A DNA stretch of 61,398 bases, counting the filler, from Choristocarpus tenellus KU-1152 (taxonomy: Eukaryota > Protista > Phaeophyceae): assembly GCA_964200185.2 (NCBI GenBank). It is 15 parts of 15 records of this genome, joined end to end, with 100 filler letters (N's around TTAATTAATTAA, not from the genome) between each part and the next. Parts side by side here need not be neighbours in the genome. Positions count along the whole stretch, not along the records: positions 27,195 to 31,571 come from CAXNAD020014836.1; positions 31,672 to 39,552 come from CAXNAD020005454.1; positions 39,653 to 42,641 come from CAXNAD020023108.1; 12 more parts are not named here. One strand, 5' to 3'. Both the position numbers and the translations under genes were made by a program. This document shows positions 27,840 to 40,839 of the stretch, in pieces. The notes under the pieces were generated by a model. The model searched no databases. It was not told where the DNA came from and saw only the letters and a list, made by a program, of their open reading frames with translations. Every line of letters begins with the position of its first letter. The stretch's first letter is position 1.

Positions 27840-28500
27840 AAGAAAATGAGCGTGACTAACCCATCTGGACACGACGGGCAAACTGTTGGCACTCCATCAA
27901 CAAAGCTGGCACTCAACACCTCGAAGTCTTCCTCGACAAAGACCACCTCATCGCCAACACCGAACATTCCTCCATAGTGGGAATGGTCCCTGGTGTTCCG
28001 TTCAACCGTGTCCTTCTGGTGCACAGTGAACGGCAGGAACTCCAACCCATTGTACTCCGATGACTCCATTCGCATAATGTATATATTCCACACCACAAGC
28101 TGCCTCTTCTTCCTGGAGAGGTGACTCCTCAGGTACATGTTGCCCATCTGATCCTCTGCGGAAAATCCGAGGTCTATCTACATCAATGCAGGCATGTAGG
28201 TGCCTTGCCACTTACAGTTGGCGAGGTTACCAATGGAACAGTTGGTGCAGTAGCACAACATCTCGGTGTAAATCAACTATGAAGAGTTGCCGTTGGTCTG
28301 TCGACCAGTGAAGAACCCGTGCATGGACTTCATGCCACTGAACTTGGGGACACGGTGATCCTGTCGTCCCTCCCGGTCGATCTTGTAAGTCGGAAGATGA
28401 ACAATCTCTTGGCTTCTGAATGTATCATTCTGGAGAAGATTCGCGAACGTGTTACTGTGCAGTCTGCCCTGGCTATCTCTCCCGTCCTTTTTGGGGGCCG
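27840..28500 (-). mobile_element. Sola2-like transposase C-terminal relic
   Basis: One frame with two stops: KFSGMKSMHGFF...*LIYTEMLCYCTNCSIGNLANC..., like the GTR.LH...L..R..SCFC..C..G....C tail of Sola2-type transposases. Confidence 0.55.
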
Positions 28501-28584
28501 AGGCTATTGTGATGAGGTTAAGTGTGACACAAAAATGTGTAGTGTACCTCAGCGAATTTGTATGAGAAAGGTGTGTTTGGTTTG

Positions 28585-28845
28585 GAGTGAAAGTATCGTA
28601 GAGGGTACAAGTTTTGTCCTCTTTGTCCATTTGGGGCTTGACTTCCTGTGCTTTTTTAAATATCATTTTCCTACTCCAAAATGTTTCAGATAGTAGGTAC
28701 ACTGTATACTTTATGAAAAGGTGTGTCCGGAACATGGATATTGACACTTCCTAACAAACACAATAGCCAAAATTACATCAAAATCGCAACATTGGAGTTT
28801 GGCCCCCTAATGGACGCAGTTCTACCCTCAAAGATACTTTGGTTC
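28585..28845. mobile_element. MITE family A
   Basis: TIRs present with a TTG/TTG duplication. Confidence 0.9.
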
Positions 28846-29249
28846 TTGTGTAGAAATCGTGGATCTCAGTTGCTCTTCTGTTTGCAGTAGACTGGAGTTG
28901 TATTGTTTTATTGATACAGAATACATTGACTCCAACTCAATGCATCATGCTTTCTTTTTTTTTCTTGTGGCCAAAAATGATATCTTGCTGCTCTTACACC
29001 TTGGAGAGATGGTAGCGCAAAAATGTTGTCTGGAGTTTTTGAGTTCCTTTACTGCTAGCACAAAATTCAAGATATTTGTCGACACGGACTTGTTTATCAG
29101 GTGTCCCCCCACAGCACAGGAAGATGGTGATTGTATCAACCTCAGGTAATGTTATTTCGCTGTGGCTTCTATCAGGGAAAAGTGCACTGACCGGTTCTCC
29201 TGCTGTACCCTGAGTATGGACAGTCGGACCTGGTGCAGAGGTTTAATGG

Positions 29250-30560
29250 GGGAGATTTTTTCGCAGAGTATCTGGCGCACACATTTGCGCACAATAGTGT
29301 ACGCAAAAATGATATTCCCCTTCCCAAACACAAAGTGATACTACAATTCAGCAAGGCTCTCTCTGCAATTGTACAAAATGGCAACCATTTTGTCCTTTCT
29401 CGAGATCCTCAAAATGCAACCCTGCAAACCTCTGAGTTGGTTTGACTCACAACTATACAACAAGGACTAATATAGATACAACAGTTGTCGTCAATGCTGA
29501 GATACCTCCGAAAATATGTACTATAGAGGGTACCAAATACTACGTAGTATAGATTGCCAGCGTTGGCCGAATGGGCAGCTGATTCACTGATTCACTTGAA
29601 AGTTGTTGAAAAATCCACAGCTATTATCCGAACGCTACAGAAAACAATTGCCTGTGTGCGTATTTTCTGTATGTTGATACCATCAGTGTTGCATGTAGAA
29701 TATTCTTTGTTACACACTTTCAATGCTTGCTGCAATGTTCATGTGTCTGAGCGTAGGGTGTAGTAGTACTACTGCTTCTTCTACTGCCATATGTGTAATA
29801 GCTATAATCAATAGTGATGCACAGAGTGTGAGTCAAAGTAAGCGAGAGGTATCCAGGGTTGCATTTTTCGGATATTGACACTTCCGTGCAAATGTTGGCA
29901 TTTTGTATAATTGTGTGTGGGGAAATTTCTATATTCTGTCGAATAGAGAAATCAGCACTCTCAAATCAATTTGAGTGCTTCATTATAGAAATATGGCGAA
30001 TTGTTGAATGAAAAGTGGCTTAAAATGCAAAACGGACAAAACCTGGGTACCTCTCGTTTACTTTGGCTCGGTAGTCTGTACTTCCTGTGCATACGCTGTT
30101 CTATATATTATTATTTGCAGGAAGCACGCAATGTATTTTATTACTGTGTGTTATTCGTGTCCCACACATCATCGCATACACATAAACATAGTACTACCAC
30201 TGCTGCACGCATTCAACTCATTTGCCTTGTGAGATGCATGATGATGCACAAAATCTATTTATGAAAAAATTAAATTCGTACTCATAGTCGGTGTAGGTCC
30301 TGGATCTGATGCCTCCTCTCTCATCCCGTCACCAATTTCTATTCTTTGTTCTTATTACCATTATAATCTTTATACCTTTTCCTGTTTTTGTAGTTCAGCC
30401 CAAGTAACTAAGCAGCAGACTAGGTTGCAATTTAGGATCCCTAGAAATGGCCAAAAGACGCCTTTTCGGTCAATTTTGCAAAGGGCCTTTCCTGAACTGT
30501 AGAGTCATGGGTTACAACAAAAGTTTGCAATGCAAGGAGGTCAAAACCTGTTACCGTGGA
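29250..30560. repeat. Cluster of family D repeats (putative hAT-like ends)
   Basis: AGG(G)TTGCA-type starts at ~29423 (-), ~29853 (+) and ~30421 (+), each followed by related sequence. Confidence 0.5.
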
Positions 30561-30956
30561 CTAAATTACTTTTCCTCATTTTTAGTAGTGGGAGTAGCAC
30601 TAGACCATTGTTACCACGCTTTACAATTGTCGTTTGCGAGAGAAAACACGAAGGTATTACAAATCGAACAATAAACAAAAAAAACCCCACACACAATGTC
30701 CCAGAGTGGGGATAAATACACTACAACAACGCAGTGCTCACTATCGACCTTAAAATGTAAACAGAGCACACACAAGCTCATGATACGGCACTTAATCCTT
30801 ATGCCAACAAGCTTCTCACCAGCAACAAGCTACATTATTGATGGGAAAATCCCAATTTTGTTCCCTCTCACAGAACAGAATGGCCAAAAAATCAATTTCG
30901 AGGAATATCACTCTGGGTTTTATCTAGTTACCTTGGGATCAGAAGACCTTGTGTCA

Positions 30957-31214
30957 GAGTGAATGTATCTCAGAGGGTACGAAATTTACCCTATTTGTCC
31001 CTTTGGGACCTGGCTTCCCACGGGTTTTTAATGACATTTTACCTACTCAAAAATGTTTCTGAGTAGGTAAAATGTATATGTTATGAAAAGGTGTGTTCGG
31101 AACAAAGATATTGACACTTCCTAACAAACACAATAGCCAAAATCACATCAAAATCGCAGCATTAAATTTTGGCCCCCAAATGGACGCGACTCTGCCCTTA
31201 AGATACATTGAATC
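30957..31214. mobile_element. MITE family A
   Basis: TIRs present with a TCA/TCA duplication. Confidence 0.88.
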
Positions 31215-31485
31215 TCAATGATGAAGATTAGGAAGGAGACAAACCAGCACACACAAGACAAAAAACAGAAAGAACAATCGGACTGCTACACAAAAAAAAA
31301 TACTACGACGAACTAATCGTAAGAGCACACACAACAGCGACAACAAGATACAGACAGTGCAAAAGGGGAGTATGGTCACACAACGTAGGGCTTGAAACAC
31401 CATGTTATGCGTGCATGTGTGGTGTGAAAGAAATTGATGTTCACGGGATTTGTGTATGTGAATTACTCGATAATTTAATTATTGT

Positions 31486-31571
31486 GGGTCAAAGTATCTG
31501 GGGGGGGGTGTCGGCATCCGTTTTTCACCCTTTTTTCGATTTTCACTTTTGTGGTGTGGTTTGGTCGCCCG
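31486..31571. mobile_element. MITE B-type end, truncated
   Basis: GGGTCAAAGTATCTGGGG; related to 58212-58255. Confidence 0.75.
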
Positions 31572-31899
31572 NNNNNNNNNNNNNNNNNNNNNNNNNNNNN
31601 NNNNNNNNNNNNNNNTTAATTAATTAANNNNNNNNNNNNNNNNNNNNNNNNNNNNNNNNNNNNNNNNNNNNCCCCCCCCCCCCCCCCCCCCGTAAATTAT
31701 CCATAGCAGAATGTGTGATTTTGATGCTGTACTACCGAACGAATTGTATCATATATCCGTAGCACTATCGACGTTTTGAGTGTTTCCTAAACAAAAAACA
31801 TTTTCTTAAAAATAAACCGGAATCTTTTCAAGAAATCTGTTCCCTTTGTGTGTAGCTCTCAATAGTCCTACTATCTGCATCACCACCACCACCAATTTA

Positions 31900-34800
31900 C
31901 AAATTTCATCTTGTTTCCTAAGGAGACATTCCACCACATCATAAATTACTGTTGGCGACAGCATCACTGGTGTGTCTTCCTTCCTCCCTCTATCTCTGAG
32001 TTGACAAGTGCACAACACCAATCTGATTCAAGCTGAACCATACTAGTCATACTCTCCAGTGCCAGAATACAAAAACAAAAACATGCTGTACCCTGCCAAT
32101 CCCATTATCAGTAAATGTTCGTGAGTATCTCTTGGTGAGATAGACCACATGACCCATTGCCAGCTATCAGGAATAACACCACTACTTCAGAACTACATGC
32201 AAGTGACCTCACACACTACACAAACTTCAGGCATTGACCCACAGAGTGCCACAGAGTGGTCCCACAAATAACACCGAACTCCTTAAGCCCCAAACCCAAC
32301 CCTAACCCTGACAACCTGTACCTGCAGTAGTACAAGTACCGGTAGCGATTGCCCCAACAGTACTCACACAAGTCCTACAGATACATCAATACCCCTGAGA
32401 GAGTATTGCCGAGTACAGGTATTTCACAGCAAAAATGTCATGTTCCATTGTGACGAGGGGAGGGGGGGGGACTTACGTAGCATCTTCTGGTAAGAAGGCT
32501 GATATGGCAGACAATGCCTTAATGGACCTGCACAGAGGAAATAAAAGAATCAGAGTATGACACAGAGGGCATCAGGACAAGGAGAAAAGATAAGAATGTT
32601 TCAAGGAAGTGTCACACAATTGTCCATTGACCATACATTTATTGGACCTGCATAATTCTCAACTCAATGTTCGAGGGAAACCTATAGGACTCCTCCAATG
32701 CTTCAGTCTTCAGTATTGTACGATCTGTACCAGGCAGAATTCCTCCCCTCACTCTTACTAATATTATAGTGCCCTTGTTCCGGTTGATGATAATTGATGA
32801 AACCATACAAAGTTGAAAACAATACTTCAAAGTTGGTATGCTATTAATAGAGAAAGCAATAACGCCTTACGGGTGCAATCAAACCAACCAACCGACAAGT
32901 ACAAGAGGACATATTAGCACTACATACTACTAGTACATACTAGTAGTACATACTACTACTACATACTAGTACATACTAGTACATACTAGTACTACATACT
33001 AGTAGTACATACTAGTAGTACATACTACTAGTATGTACTACTACATACTAGTACATACTACTAGTACATACTAGTACATACTACTACTACATACTACTAG
33101 TACATACTACTAGTACATACTACTACTACATACTAGTACATACTACTACTACTACATACTACTACATACTAGTACATACTACTACTACATACTACTACTA
33201 CATACTAGTACATACTACTACTACATACTAGTACATACTACTAGTACATACGCTGAACACACCGCAATTGATTCCTCAAATGATTAAAAAATAATACAAT
33301 ACCGACATCATTTTCTGGAACTTTACAGAATTTTTCTGGAAACATTTTGGTAGCCATTTTCTTTAAAGTTGTTTGAACTAGTAAGAAAGGGGAGGGGGTA
33401 TGATGTTGCTTCTAAGGAAAAAGATAGTAATAAAAAAGATAGTAATTTCATTCCCGAGTTAGAGATAGTAACAGATAGTAACAGATAGTACTGTTGGTGA
33501 AGTACTGTCAGCGATGATAATCTCGGAATGTAACAGAAGTAGGGTCTATCAACAGAGAGAATGATGACTGATTCATTGTCAATTGCCATAGTCATTTGAT
33601 GGTGATGTATACAATCCATAATGAAAGCCAGATATGCCCTCATTACTGTTGAGGCGCATTACCAGAGGTCAGAATGTGAAGACCATTTAACTCTCATCCT
33701 CCCTTCGTGTTTCCATCTTAGAACACAGTGAGAAAGGTTTTTTTTAACTTCCACCTGTCCTTGCCCCCATTGAGTGATCACTGCACGTTATCAGAATGGT
33801 CGATTTGGAGTGAAATAAATCAGTTCGATCATTGCCCTAGCGAATTCTCAATTTGGACTATAAATAATCCCAACAACAGCGGATCTATGCTGATCTTCAA
33901 CTCTATCATTGATTAAATTAGTAACATCCACATAATTGCATTTTGGTATCTTTAGTATATAGGATGTATATCTTTAGTATATAGGATCCAAGATGCTGAA
34001 TGCTTTCAAAGAGTGCACAATCTCAATCAAAGTCAAAGTTGAGATACATTCCTCTGTAACGCTAACTGATCCAAGTATCCCACGTCTCAACCCAATACAC
34101 ACCCGGTGGATATCGAATGGAGATAGAGTGTTCAACAAAAAGGATAGGGAGCTTGATGCAATCTACCCTCAAAATAGGCCTTCCTGTCGAAGAGATCGGA
34201 AGGTGTGCCTGTGGTCTGCTGCGTCTGATTTGTTGGTGGTTTGAGTCTCACGGAAGTGCCCTTCTCTTCAGACAGACTTGACTCAAATACAGATTGGGGT
34301 TGATTAGTCGGAATATGAATGGAGCCTGAAACACGGTGTAGTAGAGGGCTGGGTCAATCATATTCAATATGATATTATTTTTTATTATTTTTTTTTATCT
34401 CCTTCGGCTTCAATTTTTTTATTTACTGTTTTAGCTCTCATAAATATAAAACTCTTTATTTATTGATAATATTAATGAAAAAGCTAGAAGAATAAAAAGA
34501 ATCATTAAAAAAGACCATACTAATCCAATTTGTTGAAAAATACAATTGAATAAAATCTATTGGTCTTGATTTTCATGACAAAAATAAGTTTTTCATTCAG
34601 AATAATTTTCTCAGGCTTTTCTTAGTTTCTTTATATACTTTTTGCATGAGAAAAATTATCAAAAATTTTGGTAATTTTAGAGATGCAATTACTGTGAACC
34701 TGACCTGGAACATTCTAAACTATTTTCACCTAAATGTAGCTTTTTTGAACTAAAATACATCGTAAAAATATTTTGGATCTTTTTATTTGATGTGTTATTG

Positions 34801-37800
34801 AAAAATACTCAAGTTTTTTAAACTTCAAGCTTTTCATATTTTTTCAATAAAAAATAATAATTTTAAAATAAAGTTTAATGGAAAATAAATCTGAGAAGAG
34901 ATTGAAAATTTTAAGGCTTGGCAATATTAGAACTAAAATGTTTTTCAATATCTTCAAATTCTTCCTTAGCTCTAAGCTGAGGTGCACTAGTTGAGATTTA
35001 ATCTGACAGTGTTATAATAAAATAATAAAAAAAATCTTCAAATTCTTTGAAAAATAATTCATTTGGAGCATTCTTTAATTTGATTTTGATAATAGTCATA
35101 AGTGCTCATACTTTGTTTTAGTGTAAAAAGAGACTCCTCTTCATAATGACTTGAATGTTTTGAAGAAAAATGAGGTAAACAGTTTCTTTAACTCTATTTC
35201 TAATTGCTCATCTTGATGCGAATACGTTTGAAAAGAAAAAGGTAGATTTTCTACTAATAATACAGTCATGCTGATTAAATATAAAGATCATTCAACTAAT
35301 TCCAAATGATGATCAGTGTCCTTAATTTTACTTTTAAGGACATCCGTTCGTTTCTTGATAATCCTATGATCTTGTTCCATGATATTAGCAAAAAGAGAAG
35401 AATTTTTAATCATAGAATTGAGAATGACATTATTTTTTCTCCCCTTTCGCATCCAAGCTCTTTATACTTTTTAAGCTCTATATGCTATATATAATATATA
35501 CAGCTTAAAAAATAAAAAAATGGTATATTTGGACTTGATTTACCGTTACAACGTTATAAGAGTTGTGGGTATTATCCTTAGTAATACAGAATTAGATTTT
35601 AATAATGTTGAAGTTTATAATAAGATTGGGTCTATTTTTTCTTACTCAACGAATTCTATCGCTCTAGGGCGGATTTACTTATGATACTATTTTTAAACGT
35701 TACACAAAAAAGATGAGCTTGTAAATAATTGGGAATAGTTGACATCCACTCCCCCCTAAAGGAGGAAGATTCCTAAGATCTAAAATAAGTAAATAAAAAA
35801 GTTTTTCAGAAAGATTACTACTTAATTCAGGTGATGTTGCTTTGAATGTCCAAAGTATGCTGACCAGATGAATGCAATAAGAGATGCATTCAATAATCAA
35901 GGGGAAACAGGATTCAAATAAAACTGACCGATTACTAGAAACGCTAATAAACTCAAGAGAGTGCCTCAAACCTTAAATAAACGAAAGCTGGATTGGTTCT
36001 ATTATTTTTTCCAGTAATTTCGTCAATTCAGCCATTCACCTTCAAAATCCTTTTCATTACATTTTTTTCATCTTTAAAATCAATCGTAAAAAAATTATTT
36101 TTCATTTCTGGATTAAATCCAGGAAGTGGTTGCAAAATATATCTGTGTATAGGTCAGACTTATATGAGGAAAGGAATCAATGAACCATATTTTGTATTTA
36201 ATCTTTTTAACTTTCCATTTTCCAATATAAATTTTTGTTCCTGACTTTTTATAAAAGATGTTGGAACTTTTTCAGATGTAAAATTTCTTTTCTTATTCTT
36301 TAGAAAATTTATGTTTTGGTAAATATAATCCACATTTGGGAAAATATGTTTTTTTTAATAATAAAAGTCCAAAAAAAATTCTAAAAAATTGCTCATTTAA
36401 TCGTTCTACTAAAATCTTTGGTGGCAATTTATCCGACACTAACTACTCCTAAAATATTTATTATTAAATATTTCAAGGAGTATATTATCCTGGAATTGAT
36501 CTGTCTAATTGTAATTCCTTCAACTCACTCATTAGTATTACATCATCAGGAGCTCTACCAAAAACACTAAAAGAAAAAATTAAATTAAAAAAATTAAATG
36601 AATTTATTTGATAATATCATATAAATAAAATCACAAATTTCAAGTATATTTTGGGATATTTCTGACATTAAATTTTTTTATTACAGAGGTATAGCTTATA
36701 CTTGGAATTGATTTCTAAACAAAATGTCTGCCCTCTTCAGCAATTCTGTTTGGGGTAGGGCTCAAGTGAAATTCCCAGTGTTGTGTCTTGTTTCTGATGG
36801 TACCCACATGAACAGTACCAACAAACATACCAACCAACCAAAATATACATTATTGCAGAACAAATGTACACACCATGGGGAGGGTTGTGGGGGGGGGGAT
36901 TGATCTCATACCTGCATGAGAAGCGCCTAATGCTTCGGTCATATGCCATCTGAGCTAAGAGCCATTGCGAATGGCTGCAGTCATACACAATATTTGTGGA
37001 AGCAGACACAGTTCCACCATGTTTCACCTGAAGAGATTTGAATAAGCAAGAGAGAAGAGACATTCACAACATTGTCACATGAGGACAGAGGGGATGCTTT
37101 CTTACCCAGTATTGACATGTGAACTGTCAGCAACCCACTGTTCCCAGAGCAGGGCAATGCAGGCATAATTCTGCCCACAGTACCAAACAGTATAAAGCCT
37201 AATCAGGCATGCTAATGCTGTATACCTATCACATCCAACACAGGCTTCAAGGCACAGCTCCACAAACTGCAGCAAAGGATTGAATACTATTCCAACACCA
37301 TAGCAAAGTATCTGATCCAAACATCATGGAGCACCACTTTGTGACTATTTTTGTTCTGTGCCAATCTGTGGCAACTTCCCGAACACCATCGCCCCTGACC
37401 AGATAGCTGACTGGTAGGGCCTTGTTTATCTCAACTTTTTGTGTGCTGTCTTTGTTGCTGAAGGTGACTGACTGGGTCATACTTTTTTTTCTTTTTTTTT
37501 ACAGTGGCGGTGTCTGGCGACAGCTACATCTATCTACATTTTTGAGTCTGACAATGGCTATAAAATCTTCAGAACTGAACAGTCTGTAGATGTTCACATA
37601 TTCACACCATGTTTACAGTCTGCATGTAGTCCCTTCCTCACAACACACACATATCAACTGAACATAGATCTTGCTGGGAGTAAGGGTTCAGTATGTGGAC
37701 CTGCAACTTTAAAGGGAAATTTAAGCTTCCTAACCCTAAAAAAAGTAGATAATAGAAGACTGCTATGGCTGTACTTCCTATTGTGAAGGAACGTACCCTA

Positions 37801-39228
37801 CACCTCCATACTGTCCTGCCTCACCCAACTAACAAACCCTTCGACTTCAGATGGAGTGACACATTTTAACAAATGGTAAATCCAAGCACCATCCCAACAG
37901 CACTAAGAAACTTGGGGTGGTGGGTTGGATTTTTCTGTGAAGTCTGTTTGAACTTGTGTGGTAGCACCTTGCTACACCCTCCCACCTGCGATAGGGGAAG
38001 ATGTCTCTTGCAAGGATATTGATTGAACCTTGTACCTCCAAGCATTTTTTTATGAGTAGTTTATCTTGTGTCAAAGATTTTATACATTTTTCGGTGCGGG
38101 TCAGGTGCAGGCGACCGAACCTAACCTTTCTCTCAAGTTTCGAGGCTAACCATCTTCTTGGAGGCTAGATACCTTGCATGCACAAAACAACACTACAACC
38201 GTGTACGAGAAGCAGAGGGAGTCACTGTTCTTTAGCACTATGAAATGAACATGGAACTGCCGTGCACAAAGTGTGTGGGACGGCCTGCTGGCAGTTATGT
38301 GTCAACCAAGCACACACACAACACACAATTTCGAAAGAAAGTACTACCTGTGTATCAAATTCGATGAGCCCATACATTGCAAATACACCAACAGTTTGTG
38401 ACGCCCTGAAAATACCTTTCCAGGATTCTATTGATACATAGGGCATACAGGACATTCACCTGAGTGATGATGCCCCCAAAAATGTCGAGCTTTGTTGTGT
38501 CCAGGTCCATTTCCATTTCATAATCCTCAGTCTGAGGAGTGTGCGAGTGCTAGACTTTTCATAGGACTTCTCAAGGACATACATTTCTGAGGGAGAGCAC
38601 ATTCATTCTAAAATTTCTTGAGCTGCGACTAAACACGGGGGGGGGGGAGGTCGGCCGAAGGCTGGACATACCCATCCAAGGGGATCAGAAAGTTGTCAAA
38701 CAATTTGGGGAGGTTTATCCTCTCGAAAGCTTCCCGCAAGAGTGTCGTGGACAATAAGCCGCACAGTGCACCGCACGCATTCAATAAAAAATAAAAATGA
38801 CACCATGAGTCACTTAAGCTGCACGGCCAGGCAAGACAGTAACTGGAGCCTCTATGTGATAGGAGTATCATCAGTGTGTCAATGTTTGAAATGTCGACCT
38901 CGTCCATACCACGAGAAAGTCAGGAGCTGAGCAAACAAACCTCCTCAGCAGCCATCTGTAATCTCCACGGCATTGTTCTCTTCCCCGAGCGATACGATGA
39001 TAGGCTCCCTTTTGTCGAACTCGACCGATCATGCCTTTCCACAACCGCATAACCGCGATAGGTCCCAAAGATCCCGCTGTTGACTGCATTGCTCCTGATG
39101 AGCGGTGCCATGGGTACAACATATGAGATCGAAGATGTTAGTGCGACAGTAAACAATGCTGCCACAGAGGCTTGAGGTCTAGCCCATTGCCCTCGAGTCA
39201 TTGCCACAGGTTCTGGTTCTGGATTCAT
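31900..39228 (-). CDS. Multi-exon gene of unknown function, possible N-terminal targeting peptide
   Basis: First exon MNPEPEP...SVAALFTVALTSSISYVVPMA...MAAEE. Downstream phase-consistent exons ~36974-36912, 36793-36732, 32724-32682, 32527-32477 and 31995 onward give HSQWLLAQMAYDRSIRRFSCRNKTQHWEFHLSPTPNRIAEEDRTILKTEALEESYRSIKALSAISAFLPEDATDRGRKEDTPVML. The middle exons are uncertain. Confidence 0.5.
32921..33250 (+). repeat. Compound TACA/TAC/TAG satellite
   Basis: About 330 bp built almost only from TACATAC plus variable TAC/TAG triplets. Confidence 0.95.
33323..34361 (-). pseudogene. Decayed intronless ORF of unknown, possibly foreign, origin
   Basis: ATG 34361 to TAA 33323 reads as one frame of 339 codons with 7 internal stops once a 22-nt tandem duplication (33947-33987) is removed. 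Confidence 0.45.
34380..36725 (-). pseudogene. Very AT-rich insertion with decayed ORF remnants (organelle/plasmid/virus-like)
   Basis: Abrupt compositional shift. Minus-strand stretches, e.g. 35452-35075 (126 codons), are interrupted only by TGA. Confidence 0.55.
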
Positions 39229-40839
39229 GTCTTTCCTTCCCTCAATCTACACTGACTCTTTCTGCGCGCGATTTAATTAGCAACATGACTCACGCGCGCC
39301 TAACATATATTTATTTGGATATGTGATGGAGGTAGGCGATGACGGTACACGAGACAGGCAAGGGCAAGGACCGAATATAAGTGGAAGGATTAACCCAGCT
39401 CCAGGAATAGATACCCAGGTCTCGATTTCGAAGAATGGAGAAGGATGGATAGAGAACGGAATAGGCCCACATGGGGATGAGGTGGAGGCGATCAAGGATG
39501 GGAATGGAGGCTCATGAGACAGGCGCGGGCAAGGGGGGAACATAAGCAGAGTNNNNNNNNNNNNNNNNNNNNNNNNNNNNNNNNNNNNNNNNNNNNTTAA
39601 TTAATTAANNNNNNNNNNNNNNNNNNNNNNNNNNNNNNNNNNNNNNNNNNNNCAGTGGTGTCTGCATTTCCTAATCTAACTCCACCGATGGTGTCTATAG
39701 TGTACCAGCAGCACTATCTACGAACAGGAGACTGCGCCGTCACCATCTTCAAGGCCTGCACCCACTTCGATGGATTCGTCGGACGCTTCCTTGCCACCTA
39801 TCACCATGCAGGTTTTGCCTGTACCGAGTGCTGACTTTCAGTTCCCGTCTCTGCTCTAGATTTAGTATGCGAGACAGCACTCGAGCCTTCGTCGCTAGAG
39901 GAAGTCCCGCCTTTTTGTTCAGCTAGGGGTGTTGACGACCCCGACCCCGAGCCTTCATCGCTCGAGGGAGCCATATCATTGCGCCCTGTCAGAAGATGAT
40001 GCTTGACTTCTATAAGGGAATACTGCCAAAGAGAATTAAGGTGGTAAAAATGCCTACGTAGCTCAGGGGCAGGACCCGAGCGCCTAATTTATTTAATATG
40101 CCCAGCTACGGCTGTTGACGCTCAGGCACCCGAGGCTTCGTTGTTCAAGGAATCCACAGTCTCGCCTCCGTTGTTGCCACCTTATTTGACGGCCGCCCAG
40201 CTGGAGACGTGGCTTCGCGATCAGCGCGCTGCAACACTCCAGACTGTGGAGACGAGGCACGGATCGAGGCCCGTTTGGAGGCTCGCCAGCACTACAAATA
40301 GACTTTTTTCAGAACTTCGTGCCGAAGTTTCCGGCCTCACGGGCTCGGCCTCTTCACCGCCTAGTGTCGGACCCTCTGTCCTCCCATGTCACGGACTCAC
40401 AAAGTCAAACCGACGACGACGAAGTCTTAACGCAATACTAATAGGAAAAAACAATTCAAACTTCACACTTGTTTCTTATTTTACTGTAATAGTTCCAATT
40501 CACCATCACTCCAAATACCATAAGCGACTTTGCCCCCACAAATCCCCTCAATAAATGAGGATGACTTCATAAATATTATTATTCTTCTCTTTGATTTCAT
40601 CCAATGGAAAAAGGAGGGAATGTTCTGGTATCGTACGAAGAACGGCCTATATATTCGAAAAATATAGATGATCACCATTTTTTAACCCATGGTCTACCTC
40701 TGTTCCAGAAACTCCTCTAAGACATACAAGGACAACAATAAATACGAGAATAGCAACGATATTAAACCATCCCAAACAATTTCCTCCTCTACAGTAAGGG
40801 TTCTTTCAACCTGATGATAATACCATTACCTCGGAGAAG

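Noticed and set aside
35345-35390. NIMEQDHRIIKKRT resembles the IS6 transposase EQDHR motif
   Set aside because: No upstream DDE motifs or IS ends are visible; possibly coincidental.
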